64,000 nt of DNA. Origin: Planctomycetota bacterium. GTDB lineage: Bacteria > Planctomycetota > PLA2 > JAEUHO01. Location: positions 64,001-128,000 of the forward strand of contig CBDCWP010000044.1 of assembly GCA_965223505.1 (NCBI GenBank), read 5' to 3'. The translations under genes and the position numbers were made by a program. The notes beneath the pieces were generated by a model that was given only the letters and a program-made list of their open reading frames with translations, searched no databases and was not told the origin of the DNA. Below are positions 9,701 through 17,055 of the stretch, piece after piece. Numbering within the stretch: the stretch's first letter is position 1; each line of letters opens with the position of its first letter.

Positions 9701-10563
9701 GTCTCGACCGTGGTGTCGAACCACTGCAGCGACTGGCGGTACCAGCTGAGTTGATCTTCCTCGCGCTGGGCGCACTTCGCGAGCTCCCAAAGCGCCTGTC
9801 CGTAGATGTCGGATGCGTACGCCGCGACGGTCTCGCCGTCGAAGAACCCGATGAACTCGTCCAGGTCGTTGTTGACCGACTTCAGCGCGTTCTCCGCCTG
9901 CGCGCTGCACGGATCGTGCACGAGCGCCGCGTAGAACTTGCAGACCACGAAGTAGTACTGCGCGATCTGCTGCATCGCGGTCGCCTTCTCGTCGTCCCAG
10001 CCGCGGCGCAGGGTGTCGAAGTAGCTGATGGCGCCCTCGACCATGTCGCGCGCGTCCGCTTGCACCTGCGTCGCGTTCGTTCCGCGCTCCTCCATCATCT
10101 CGGGCTCGCTCATGAGCCGGCTCTGCGCCCACTGGACGAACTCGAGGCGCGTCGTTCCGATCAGGTTCTTCGCCTCGTTGACGCGCGGGTGATCGGCGTT
10201 CTTGCGAACGAACGTCTCCATGTCCTCGACCGCGCTCTTGAAGAGCTTCACGACCTGCTCGTACGGAACGTCCGGGTTCGCGCGGGCGGCGATCGCGGCG
10301 TTGCGCGTGAGATCCGCGAGGCCGTACTTGGCGAGGTCCTTCTCGGACTCGCTGCGGTTCCGGTCGTCGAGCATGCGCTGGTAGACCTTGCGCGCGAGGT
10401 CGAACCACGACGAGTCGGCGGTCTGACGGCCCTTGGCGGCCAGCTGTTGGCCGAACTCGAAGTCGTCACTGCCCGCGCAGGCGGACGGCGTGCCGAAGGC
10501 GAGCAAGAGGAGAGAGAGGAATACCGTGGGGAGAACCAGACGTCGTACGCGACGAGTCAACAT
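6763..10563 (-). CDS. Large exported TPR/alpha-solenoid protein with coiled-coil segment (1266 aa)
   Basis: Signal peptide, many TPR-like repeats (e.g. VADSQFSKGRYTDAIGAYQRV), host-like codon usage, AAGGAAG RBS; coupled to the next gene. Confidence 0.8.
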   Translation of the reverse strand: MLTRRVRRLVLPTVFLSLLLLAFGTPSACAGSDDFEFGQQLAAKGRQTADSSWFDLARKVYQRMLDDRNRSESEKDLAKYGLADLTRNAAIAARANPDVPYEQVVKLFKSAVEDMETFVRKNADHPRVNEAKNLIGTTRLEFVQWAQSRLMSEPEMMEERGTNATQVQADARDMVEGAISYFDTLRRGWDDEKATAMQQIAQYYFVVCKFYAALVHDPCSAQAENALKSVNNDLDEFIGFFDGETVAAYASDIYGQALWELAKCAQREEDQLSWYRQSLQWFDTTVETQHVDGDTLRIIARGYNHIGQLCLSAGRVGGENFLRTGSTYLKKMMVRHPTIGDTDDGIHALLQWARLEDAQDRTNEAIKIASQAASIASEKGKGYLEKKANDLLEKFVTRGGTTNGGSGQSAEVLMGVADSQFSKGRYTDAIGAYQRVIVAMTDSTDDLMKFGVPSWRKIAICYKNLGDLLSASLALEPIHEAWIDGRIPRTTNDENDENLVMAGNLRRQAMGLLDQLYVQTDAKIYLDRFKAVQDSFPSDYRGHPSEQESEIQAAIANRKQAIKERNEGKSGWKSTLSKAESGFRRVAKDPEARLQNEAFVYIIRCALARKDWRGMIKESDAALKYWDGPVAQAKFKQSESDWAKRARKARGQTIYWKSLALVELEQWDAVLDLLKTFAAEHSDLDPLPYLSGALGNQVQAYVGKGDIENAEKYLDKLVAKYPTYNKLHKITFGLARYFESKYSEIETNLKASLAKIQGPPDERAKGLLYRLKVAEKDENRVAERLVDLNGSRRKKQELIDTYDRAMASGGDTKIGKTERDEAEKDLKGRPDFKDEKNPNEQLIRDGIIKTIARLNKELRELTAKRETLEAELIEERKKIDAYKLEMYPHLVKAAEKYYLWYKTMVALKESLTPSHLYKFAYMYFYATELKPEVRENWERAKELNEAYLKLPGITAEDRSKALGKLGKIYSHLASTAQDEKTARELNLKAVELLQGAVANIPENNDLLVGMLAGDFVVLPWTDPIEKRSFRFPMPRVSDVAGFRKAVKELGSPGGTPIPKFESARADRTYKEALGRFKSEMAKEDDQTLKRTVAAFKNAGFDAVFYRIHGDYRRSFRMALAQSYAESGREGDDVKAINLCGTLLRGLMQVDDDSEEFWETQVIRLNAMLNAAERARGASPGAAKADAKTMLEYAGKILRGLKSRYPRLGESERPGTIADLETALKRLNDMIQPKLVLDLRKMPKDMAADAENDEQPEKPKPNGDGDE

Positions 10564-10730
10564 GAGAACGCTTCCTTCTCGGGTCGGTCGAATCCAGGAG
10601 CGGATCGGGACGGGGAATGTGTCCGACGGGGCGGCGGGTTCTGGGGTCCCGGCGCTTGCCCTACTGCGTTGCCCACCAGAGCGCGCGAAATAGGGGATGC
10701 GAGCAGCCCACCCGGATTCCCAGGGCGCGG

Positions 10731-10759
10731 ATTCTACGGGTGCCCTCGTAGGGGGTCAA
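10731..10759 (-). promoter_or_regulatory. Sigma70-type promoter TTGACC-N17-TAGAAT for the TPR-TPR-exbB-exbD operon
   Basis: Near-consensus -35 (10754-10759) and -10 (10731-10736) with exact 17-nt spacing. A CTACG/CGTAG inverted repeat lies in the spacer and overlaps the -10. Confidence 0.7.
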
Positions 10760-10981
10760 TCGGACCCGGAACGTTCGTTCCCGGGTTGCCGAAGACCGCG
10801 TGAGGTCGCGCAGTCCGCGCATGGTGAATCGATGGACGGTTGCCCGGTACCAGAAGGGCGAGAGAAGCCGGCGGGAGCGGGTCGGCGCGGCAAGAGCCAC
10901 CATAGCGCAATCGGAAGGCGGTGCAACGGACAAAAGTCGCGCGCTGAGGGGGGCGCCCGATCGAATCGGGATGGGGACGTT

Positions 10982-11048
10982 GTAGCGACCCTCGTGGTCG
11001 CCCAATCCGTCGCCTGCCCCGCTGGGCAGCCACGAGGGCTGCCCCGAC
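10982..11048. repeat. GTAG-family REP doublet (REPIN-like inverted pair)
   Basis: GTAGCGACCCTCGTGGTCGCCC ... GGGCAGCCACGAGGGCTGCCCCGAC; same family as 14867 and 16959. Confidence 0.8.
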
Positions 11049-11074
11049 GCCGACGCATCTTCGGCAACGAATGG

Positions 11075-11105
11075 AAAAGGGGCCGCGCTGAGCGAGCGCG
11101 GCCCC
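11075..11105 (-). terminator. Intrinsic terminator of the secretin gene
   Basis: Minus strand reads GGGGCCGCGCT-CGCTC-AGCGCGGCCCC-TTTT, 30 nt after the stop. Confidence 0.75.
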
Positions 11106-11134
11106 TCTCGGGATGTCCGTGATGTCCGGAAGGA

Positions 11135-13900
11135 CTAGCGGCGGAACCAGCGGCGCGGGTTGCCGACGCCCGGAAGGCCCTTGTCCTCGGGGCCCGTGCT
11201 GTCCGGACAGCCGCACGAGGGCGGAGCCTCGTCGGCCGGCCGCACCGGCGTCCAGCGGTTGGACGGGATCTCCGGCACGTTCAGGTTGTCCTTCGGCTCC
11301 AGCTCCTCCAGGTTCACGATCTCGGCCGTGATGAGGACGAGCAGGTTGCGGCGGTTCACGTAGTTGCCCTTGCGGGACAGCAGGAACGAGAGCACCGGCA
11401 GCTTCGAAAGGAAGGGCGTGCCGCTCTCGAGCGTCTCCTGCTCGTAGAACTTGAGACCGCCGAGCAGCAGCGTGCCGCCGTCGGGCATGTTGACCGTCGT
11501 GCGGACGCGGCTGACGCGCAACTCCGGAATCTGGATGACGACCGGGGCCGACGCCGTGACCGGACCCGAGGCGAGCGACGTGCTGAACGTCGCGATCGGG
11601 CGGGTCAGGACGGCCACCGTCGGGCGCAGCTCCAGGTTCACGAAGCGGCGGTCCGCGGAGACCACCGGGCGGACGTCGAGGACGATGCCGTCGAGGATCG
11701 TCTGGACGACCGGGTTCGCGATGTTGGACGCCTGCGCGATCTCGACCTCGTAGTCAGCCACGTAGGCGACCTGGTTGAGCACCTGCACGTTCGCGCGCTG
11801 CGTGTTGTAGACCGTGACGCGCGGGGCGGTGATCTGCTGGATGCGCTCGCTCTTCTCGACCGCGCGCAGGATCACCTCGATCTGGGTGTCGTCCAGGAAG
11901 GTGTGCTGGAAGGAAAGGCCGCCGGAGCCCGTGAGGACCTCGGGGTTGCCGAGCAGCACGTCGAACAGGTTCTCGACGCGAGCCGAGTAGGCGCCGTCTT
12001 GACCGTCGTTGTAGAAGATACCGGCGTCGTTGGCCGTACCGACCGAGGACGGCTCCGGGTTCACGCCGAACGGCACGCCGAACGGGTTGCCGGGCGACCC
12101 GAAGAAGACGTCGTCCTGGACGACCGCCGTACCGAGACCCGGCACGCCGATGCCCTGCGAGTTGTCGCCCAAGCCGCGCACGTCGACACCGACGTCGCGC
12201 AGGAAGTTGTCCTCGGCCGTCAGGAAGCGGACTTCCAGGTTCACCAGGATGCCCGTGTTCGCGCGGAGCTCCTCGAGAAGGTTGCCGATCTGGTTCAGGA
12301 TCGGCTTCGTGTTGCGCACGATCAGGATGCCGTTGCGCGCCTCGATGTTCGCCGGGTCGTCCCAGGCGCCTTCACCACCGATGGTCTCGCGGATCAGGTC
12401 CGGGAGGTTCTCGGCCGGGAAGATCGGAAGCGGATCCGGGAGCTCCGGCGGCTCCGGCGGCGTGAAGTTCGAGGGCGTCAGGTTGATCTCCTGGCCGACG
12501 AAGTTCTGAATCGCGACGTTGAGATCCTTCACGTCGAAGTAGCGCAGCTTCATGGTGCCGCTGATCTCGTCCTTGGTGGCGATCTTGATGACGCCGCCCT
12601 CGGCGATCCACTTGAGCTCGTAGTCCTCGGTGATGAGGTCCAGCACCGTGGAGACGCTGACGTCGTCGAGCTTGAGCGTGATCTGGACGTCCTCGCCCTT
12701 CTCCTCACGCGCCTTGGCGGTGATGAAGAAGTTGAGGCCGGTCAGGGTGCGCAGCAGGGCGACGGCGTCGTCCAGCGACGCGTCTTCCCAGTTCAGGCCC
12801 TGAATGCGCTGGTTCTCGATGACCGAGAGGATGCCGCCGAGCGACGCGTCCTCTGCCGCGTCGTCCGCGTCGCCGACCGCGCGGGGCTGGCGATGGGCGA
12901 TCTCCTCGAGCCAATCCTCGGGGAACTCGACCGTGCGGACCTGCGGCAGCGCGTCGTTCTCGACCTGCTGCATGATGCGCTTCCACTGGTCGTCGAAGCG
13001 ACGGCGCGCACTGATGTCCTCTTGCATGTGCTGCGCGTCGTAGCTGATCGTCATCAGACGCTCGGCATCGTCGTTCGTCGGGTCTTCGCGCAGGATCTGC
13101 CTCGCGTACTCGCGGGCCAGCTCGTAGTTGCCCTGGCGGAACGCCACGTTGGCTTCCTGGAAGTACGCGTGCATGCGGCCGAGACGACGCTCGCGCTCTG
13201 CGTTCAGCGCGTTCTCCTGCTCGATCTGCGCCTCGCGGATCTGCTCTTCGTGCGCGCTCCGCTCGGCGAGCTCCGACTTGTAGTTCGTGCGGTCGATGAG
13301 ATCGCGAATGCGCTCCGCGCTCATGCCGAAGTCCGCCGTCTCGTCGTACCAGGAGATGATGGCCAACGCCTTGCGGTACTCCTTGACCGCGCCGGCGTAG
13401 TTCTCCTGGCCTTCGAGCGTGCGACCGCGGTCGAGGTAGTTGCGAACCTCGGCGGCCGCCTGCTGGCGACGGACGTCTTCGACGCTCTTGCGCTCGCTCA
13501 TGTACGCGGCCGTCGTGCTGGGACGGTCGGACATGAGGTTCTCGAGCCCGTCGCGCGCTTCGATGTTGCTCGCGTCGAGGTCGAGTGCCTTCGCGAAGAG
13601 ATCCTTCGCCGTGTCGTAGTCGCCCTTGCTGACCGCGTCGTTGGCGCGATCGATGAAGTTCTTGATCAGGAACTTCTGACGGTCGGCTTCGACGGCGGCG
13701 GCGGCGGACTTCTCGTCGAGGTACTCGACGGCTTCCGGTGTCGCGGAGACGTCTCCGCCTTCGCCTTCCGCTTCCGCGACCACGACCGCGGTGTCGTCCG
13801 GCGAGCCGTCGCTCTTGGCGACGATGCGACGACGGCCTTGGCAGGCAGTCAGAGCGACGATCAAGACAGCTACAAAAAGGACGTGAACGGTGCGCTGCAT
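11135..13900 (-). CDS. Secretin-family (GspD/PilQ-like) outer membrane lipoprotein with N-terminal TPRs
   Basis: Lipobox LTA/C; TPR-like repeats; C-terminal secretin motifs VNLEVRFL, APRVTVYNTQRA, GIVLDVRPVVSADRRFV, TTVNMPDGGTLLLGGL, PFLSKLPVLSFL and LLVLITAEIV. Confidence 0.9.
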   Translation of the reverse strand: MQRTVHVLFVAVLIVALTACQGRRRIVAKSDGSPDDTAVVVAEAEGEGGDVSATPEAVEYLDEKSAAAAVEADRQKFLIKNFIDRANDAVSKGDYDTAKDLFAKALDLDASNIEARDGLENLMSDRPSTTAAYMSERKSVEDVRRQQAAAEVRNYLDRGRTLEGQENYAGAVKEYRKALAIISWYDETADFGMSAERIRDLIDRTNYKSELAERSAHEEQIREAQIEQENALNAERERRLGRMHAYFQEANVAFRQGNYELAREYARQILREDPTNDDAERLMTISYDAQHMQEDISARRRFDDQWKRIMQQVENDALPQVRTVEFPEDWLEEIAHRQPRAVGDADDAAEDASLGGILSVIENQRIQGLNWEDASLDDAVALLRTLTGLNFFITAKAREEKGEDVQITLKLDDVSVSTVLDLITEDYELKWIAEGGVIKIATKDEISGTMKLRYFDVKDLNVAIQNFVGQEINLTPSNFTPPEPPELPDPLPIFPAENLPDLIRETIGGEGAWDDPANIEARNGILIVRNTKPILNQIGNLLEELRANTGILVNLEVRFLTAEDNFLRDVGVDVRGLGDNSQGIGVPGLGTAVVQDDVFFGSPGNPFGVPFGVNPEPSSVGTANDAGIFYNDGQDGAYSARVENLFDVLLGNPEVLTGSGGLSFQHTFLDDTQIEVILRAVEKSERIQQITAPRVTVYNTQRANVQVLNQVAYVADYEVEIAQASNIANPVVQTILDGIVLDVRPVVSADRRFVNLELRPTVAVLTRPIATFSTSLASGPVTASAPVVIQIPELRVSRVRTTVNMPDGGTLLLGGLKFYEQETLESGTPFLSKLPVLSFLLSRKGNYVNRRNLLVLITAEIVNLEELEPKDNLNVPEIPSNRWTPVRPADEAPPSCGCPDSTGPEDKGLPGVGNPRRWFRR

Positions 13901-14110
13901 CCGGTGGCCATCCCTTCCCGTTTACGTAAGTCTGGTGCGTTCTCGACGGCCGGAAAGCCCGCCCGAAAGAACATCCCTCCCTTGGGACGCGCATTTGGTA
14001 GGCGGGACCTGTCACGCCACCGTCACATTGCGTGCGCGTAAACCGCGAATACGTCGGTAGCTGCGTCGACTGAGCGCCGAGCGGGGTCACCGGAACGTAG
14101 GATTCCGTTC

Positions 14111-14866
14111 GTGACCCCCGAAAACGACCCCCGCCCGCCCTCGCTGCACGCCGAGGCCCGGCTGTATCTCGAGTGGATGCGCGGCGCCGGGGGACGGTGG
14201 CTTCCGGCGGACGGACCGCCGCCGGCGCTCGAGACCCCGAAGCCGGTCGCGTCCGGCGCTCGCGGTGACGCGTCGCCGAAGCTCACACGGCCCGAGCGGG
14301 CCGCGTATCTGGCTGCGATGGCGGACGACGTGAAGCGCTGCACGCGCTGCCGCCTCTGCGAGACGCGCAACGAGACGGTGTTCGGCGAGGGCAGCCAGGC
14401 GCCCAAGCTCGTGGTCGTGGGGGAGGCGCCCGGCGCGGACGAGGACCGCACGGGCCGGCCGTTCGTGGGGCGCGCGGGGCAGCTGCTGACGAAGATGCTC
14501 GCCGCCATCGGGCTCGCGCGTGAGGACGTGTACATCTGCAACGTGCTGAAGTGCCGCCCGCCGAACAACCGCAATCCGCGGCCCGACGAGGTCGGCTCCT
14601 GCCGGCCGTTCCTGCAGGAGCAGCTCACCCTGCTCGATCCGCCGCTGATCCTCGCGCTGGGCAGCCCTGCGTCCCGCGAGCTGCTCGGCACGGAGCGGGG
14701 GATCGGCAGCCTCCGGGGCCGATTCGCCCGCACCCGGGGCGGATTCCGCGTGATGCCGACCTATCACCCCGCGTACCTGCTGCGCAATCCGGCCGCGAAG
14801 CGCGACGTGTGGCATGACCTGAAGAAGGTTGCGGCCGACCTGGGGCTGGAGATCCCGGGGCGGTAG
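14111..14866 (+). CDS. udg: Uracil-DNA glycosylase family 4 (Fe-S)
   Basis: CTRCRLC, VGEAPGADED, GRPFVGRAGQLL, NVLKCRPPNNRNP and TYHPAYLLR. Confidence 0.95.
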   Translation: MTPENDPRPPSLHAEARLYLEWMRGAGGRWLPADGPPPALETPKPVASGARGDASPKLTRPERAAYLAAMADDVKRCTRCRLCETRNETVFGEGSQAPKLVVVGEAPGADEDRTGRPFVGRAGQLLTKMLAAIGLAREDVYICNVLKCRPPNNRNPRPDEVGSCRPFLQEQLTLLDPPLILALGSPASRELLGTERGIGSLRGRFARTRGGFRVMPTYHPAYLLRNPAAKRDVWHDLKKVAADLGLEIPGR

Positions 14867-14953
14867 GTAGGGGCAGCCCTTGTGGCTGCCCAACCGCACA
14901 TGCGTTGAGACCTGATCGACGAGCGCGTGGGCGACCACGAGGGTCGTCCCTAC
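14867..14953. repeat. GTAG-family REP doublet between convergent genes
   Basis: GTAGGGGCAGCCCTTGTGGCTGCCC ... GGGCGACCACGAGGGTCGTCCCTAC; the right GTAG contains the TAG stop of the methyltransferase. Confidence 0.85.
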
Positions 14954-15582
14954 TGCGGGCGCAGGACGGCGACCCACAGCTCGCGGCGGTACGCGGCAAG
15001 GCCGCGTGCGTCCACCATCCGCAGGCCCGCGGCCGCAGCCTCCTCACGTAACTCCTTTTTCGACAAGGTGTAACGGTCCCCGCGCCGCCTGGTGAACAGG
15101 CGCCGGATGCCCCGGCTCAGGTTGTGGAAGCTCACCGGGTGGTGGAAGGACAGCAGCAGCGTGCCCTGGGTCAGGGCCCGCAGGCCGCGAAGCACGCGCT
15201 CGCGGTGCGCCGCGTCCGGGAGGTGATGGAGGAACCGGAAGCAGACCACCAGGTCGGCGGGCGTGGCATCGGCGGGCACGGCTTCGAGGTCGATCGTCTC
15301 CAGCCCCAAAAAATGGGGCTTTCCGGACAGGCGGCGCTCGGCCTCGGCGCGCATCGCCGGCGACAGATCTGCGGCGCGGGTGGGAATCCCGCGTCCCATC
15401 AGCTGCTCCGCAATGCGTCCCGTGCCGCAGGGCACGTCCAGTGCGCTGCCGGGCGGCTGCGGCAGGTCGTCGAGCAGGCGGGAGAGCAGGGTCCATTCTT
15501 CGGCGTCGCGTTTGGCGCTGCGCGCGGCGTAAGCCCGGGCCTTGCCCGGTTCGTCGTACTTGGTGCGGCCGGCGTAGGACAT
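14950..15582 (-). CDS. Class I SAM-dependent methyltransferase
   Basis: ALDVPCGTGR, ADLSPAM and DLVVCFRFLHHL motifs. Confidence 0.88.
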   Translation of the reverse strand: MSYAGRTKYDEPGKARAYAARSAKRDAEEWTLLSRLLDDLPQPPGSALDVPCGTGRIAEQLMGRGIPTRAADLSPAMRAEAERRLSGKPHFLGLETIDLEAVPADATPADLVVCFRFLHHLPDAAHRERVLRGLRALTQGTLLLSFHHPVSFHNLSRGIRRLFTRRRGDRYTLSKKELREEAAAAGLRMVDARGLAAYRRELWVAVLRPQ

Positions 15583-15680
15583 CGGCCCGAATGTAGGGGA
15601 TGGGATAGGAGGTGGCAGCCCTGATCCTCGGTCGTGCCAAGTGTGTTTACGGCATCAGCCGAGGAAGGAACTGCCACCCC

Positions 15681-16727
15681 ATGACTGCGTACCACGTCGG
15701 AATCGACCTGCACAAGAGTGTCGCCCAAATCTGCGTCCGTGATGCGAAGGGCGAGATCGAAGAGGAGCGGCGGTGGCGCCTGCCGGATCGAAAGGCGGCC
15801 GCGGCGCTGGTTGCGTTTCTTGGCACCTACGGCGGCGGGCGCTTCGCGGTGGAAGCGTTGGGCTGCAACCGCTGGTTCGTGCTGGCCTGCCGCGAAGCGG
15901 GTTTGGAGATGCTTGTGGTGGACGCCACGAAGCTCGATCTGAAGAAGCAGGGCAAGAAGACGGATCGACGCGACGCCCAGGAGATCTCGCGCCGGCTGTA
16001 CCTTGGCGACCTGGACCGCTACGCACTGACCTACTTCGCCACCGAAGCCGAGTTCGGCCAGCGCAAGGTGTTGCGGGTTCGGCATCAGCTCGTTCAGCAT
16101 CGAACCAGCGTGCTGGCGCACATCCGCGGCATGCTCAACGCGTACCTGCTGCGAGCGCCGGTGACGCAGCTGTACACCAAGCGCGGGATCCAGTGGCTTC
16201 GCGAGCAGCGACTGGGTGATGAGAACCAGGATCTGGCGCTGCAGTCGCTGGTGGATGTCGTTGCGGCTCTGCAGGAGCGCATCGAGAAGCTCACCGCTCG
16301 AATCCGCGAGTTGGCCGAGCAGGACGAAGTCTCAGGCTGGATCGTTCGGAATCTGCCACAGGCGGGAGCCCAGACGGCTCTGACGCTTCAAGCTGAGTTG
16401 GGTGACGCAACCCGCTTCCGCGGTGCTCGACAGATCTCGAGCTATGGGGGTGTCGTTCCACGCGTTTCGGCCTCGGCGGATCGAGCGCACCACGGCCGCA
16501 TGACCAAACGCGGAAACGCCGAGTTGCGTTGGGTGCTGGGGCAATGGGCGGTTCGGTTGCTGGCCTTCGACCCAGAGGTGAAGGCGTGGGCACAGCCGAT
16601 GCTCAGGCGCATGCACCGCAACAAGGTTCGAATGGCGCTTGCACGCCGGCTACTGGTGGGCGTGTGGGTGATGTTCTCGCGTGGCGAGGTGTTCTCGCTG
16701 CGTCGGTGCCTAGGCCAGGCTGCCTGA
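15681..16727 (+). CDS. IS110 family transposase/recombinase (DEDD RuvC-like plus Tnp20 domain)
   Basis: VGIDLHK, AVEA and KKTDRRDAQ (DEDD); ELGDATRF, SYGGVVPRVSASA, KRGNAELRWVL and MALARRLL. ATG 15681 follows an AGGAAGG RBS. Confidence 0.95.
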   Translation: MTAYHVGIDLHKSVAQICVRDAKGEIEEERRWRLPDRKAAAALVAFLGTYGGGRFAVEALGCNRWFVLACREAGLEMLVVDATKLDLKKQGKKTDRRDAQEISRRLYLGDLDRYALTYFATEAEFGQRKVLRVRHQLVQHRTSVLAHIRGMLNAYLLRAPVTQLYTKRGIQWLREQRLGDENQDLALQSLVDVVAALQERIEKLTARIRELAEQDEVSGWIVRNLPQAGAQTALTLQAELGDATRFRGARQISSYGGVVPRVSASADRAHHGRMTKRGNAELRWVLGQWAVRLLAFDPEVKAWAQPMLRRMHRNKVRMALARRLLVGVWVMFSRGEVFSLRRCLGQAA

Positions 16728-16729
16728 GC

Positions 16730-16958
16730 GAACGCACTGAGAGAGAGGAAGCGAAACCAGGAATCGGACACCAACGGGCGCGTACTCCGGCGGGCCGCTG
16801 AGCGCATCAGCTCGTGTAGGCGATTGAGAGGCGCGTCCGACTCCCCCTCATGACGCCGCCCGAATAGGCGAGCTCGAAAACCCGAGTGGACGGATCCGAC
16901 CCTGGCGACGCGGAAAGGACGCACGGCCGACAGAAAAGGGCTTGCCATTCCCTAAACC
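16730..16958 (+). ncRNA. Candidate bridge/seek RNA region of the IS110 element
   Basis: About 230-nt 3' non-coding end. A stem AGCTCG(16809)/CGAGCT(16869) encloses TGTAGGCGAT (matching the reconstructed insertion site), an inner hairpin and CGCC. IS110 non-coding ends are known to encode such RNAs. Confidence 0.6.
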
Positions 16959-17051
16959 GGCGATCCTTGTGGTCGCCCAACTCGGCGTCTTGGGCAGCCA
17001 CAAGGGGCTGCCCCTACCTACGGCTTGGGCAGCCACAAGGGCTGCCCCTAC
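16959..17051. repeat. REP cluster (one IS-interrupted REP and two inverted copies)
   Basis: GGCGATCCTTGTGGTCGCCC; GGGCAGCCACAAGGGGCTGCCCCTAC (16992-17017); GGGCAGCCACAAGGGCTGCCCCTAC (17027-17051). Confidence 0.85.
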
Positions 17052-17055
17052 ACCG

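Larger units (their letters stand above)
15600..16958 (+). mobile_element. IS110-family insertion sequence (long 3' non-coding end, IS1111-like layout) inserted in a REP
   Basis: Transposase flanked by a split REP: TGTAGG(GG) on the left (15592-15599) and GGCGATCCTTGTGGTCGCCC on the right (16959-16978). No long TIRs or TSD. Codon usage looks different from the flanks. Ends uncertain by about 2 nt. Confidence 0.85.

Noticed and set aside
10564..10730. Cobalamin or c-di-GMP riboswitch in the leader
   Set aside because: Only short fragments resemble them (GGGAATCCGG, GGGCAA); the conserved cores are not present.
14111..15582. udg plus methyltransferase as an anti-phage or DNA-modification system
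   Set aside because: UDG4 is housekeeping; the MTase lacks DNA-MTase motifs (DPPY/NPPY/PCQ) and is convergently transcribed.
15593..16953. TAGGGGATGG / CCATTCCCTA as terminal inverted repeats of the IS
   Set aside because: The left copy largely overlaps the REP target sequence, so it is not a clean element-encoded TIR; at most a weak sub-terminal repeat.
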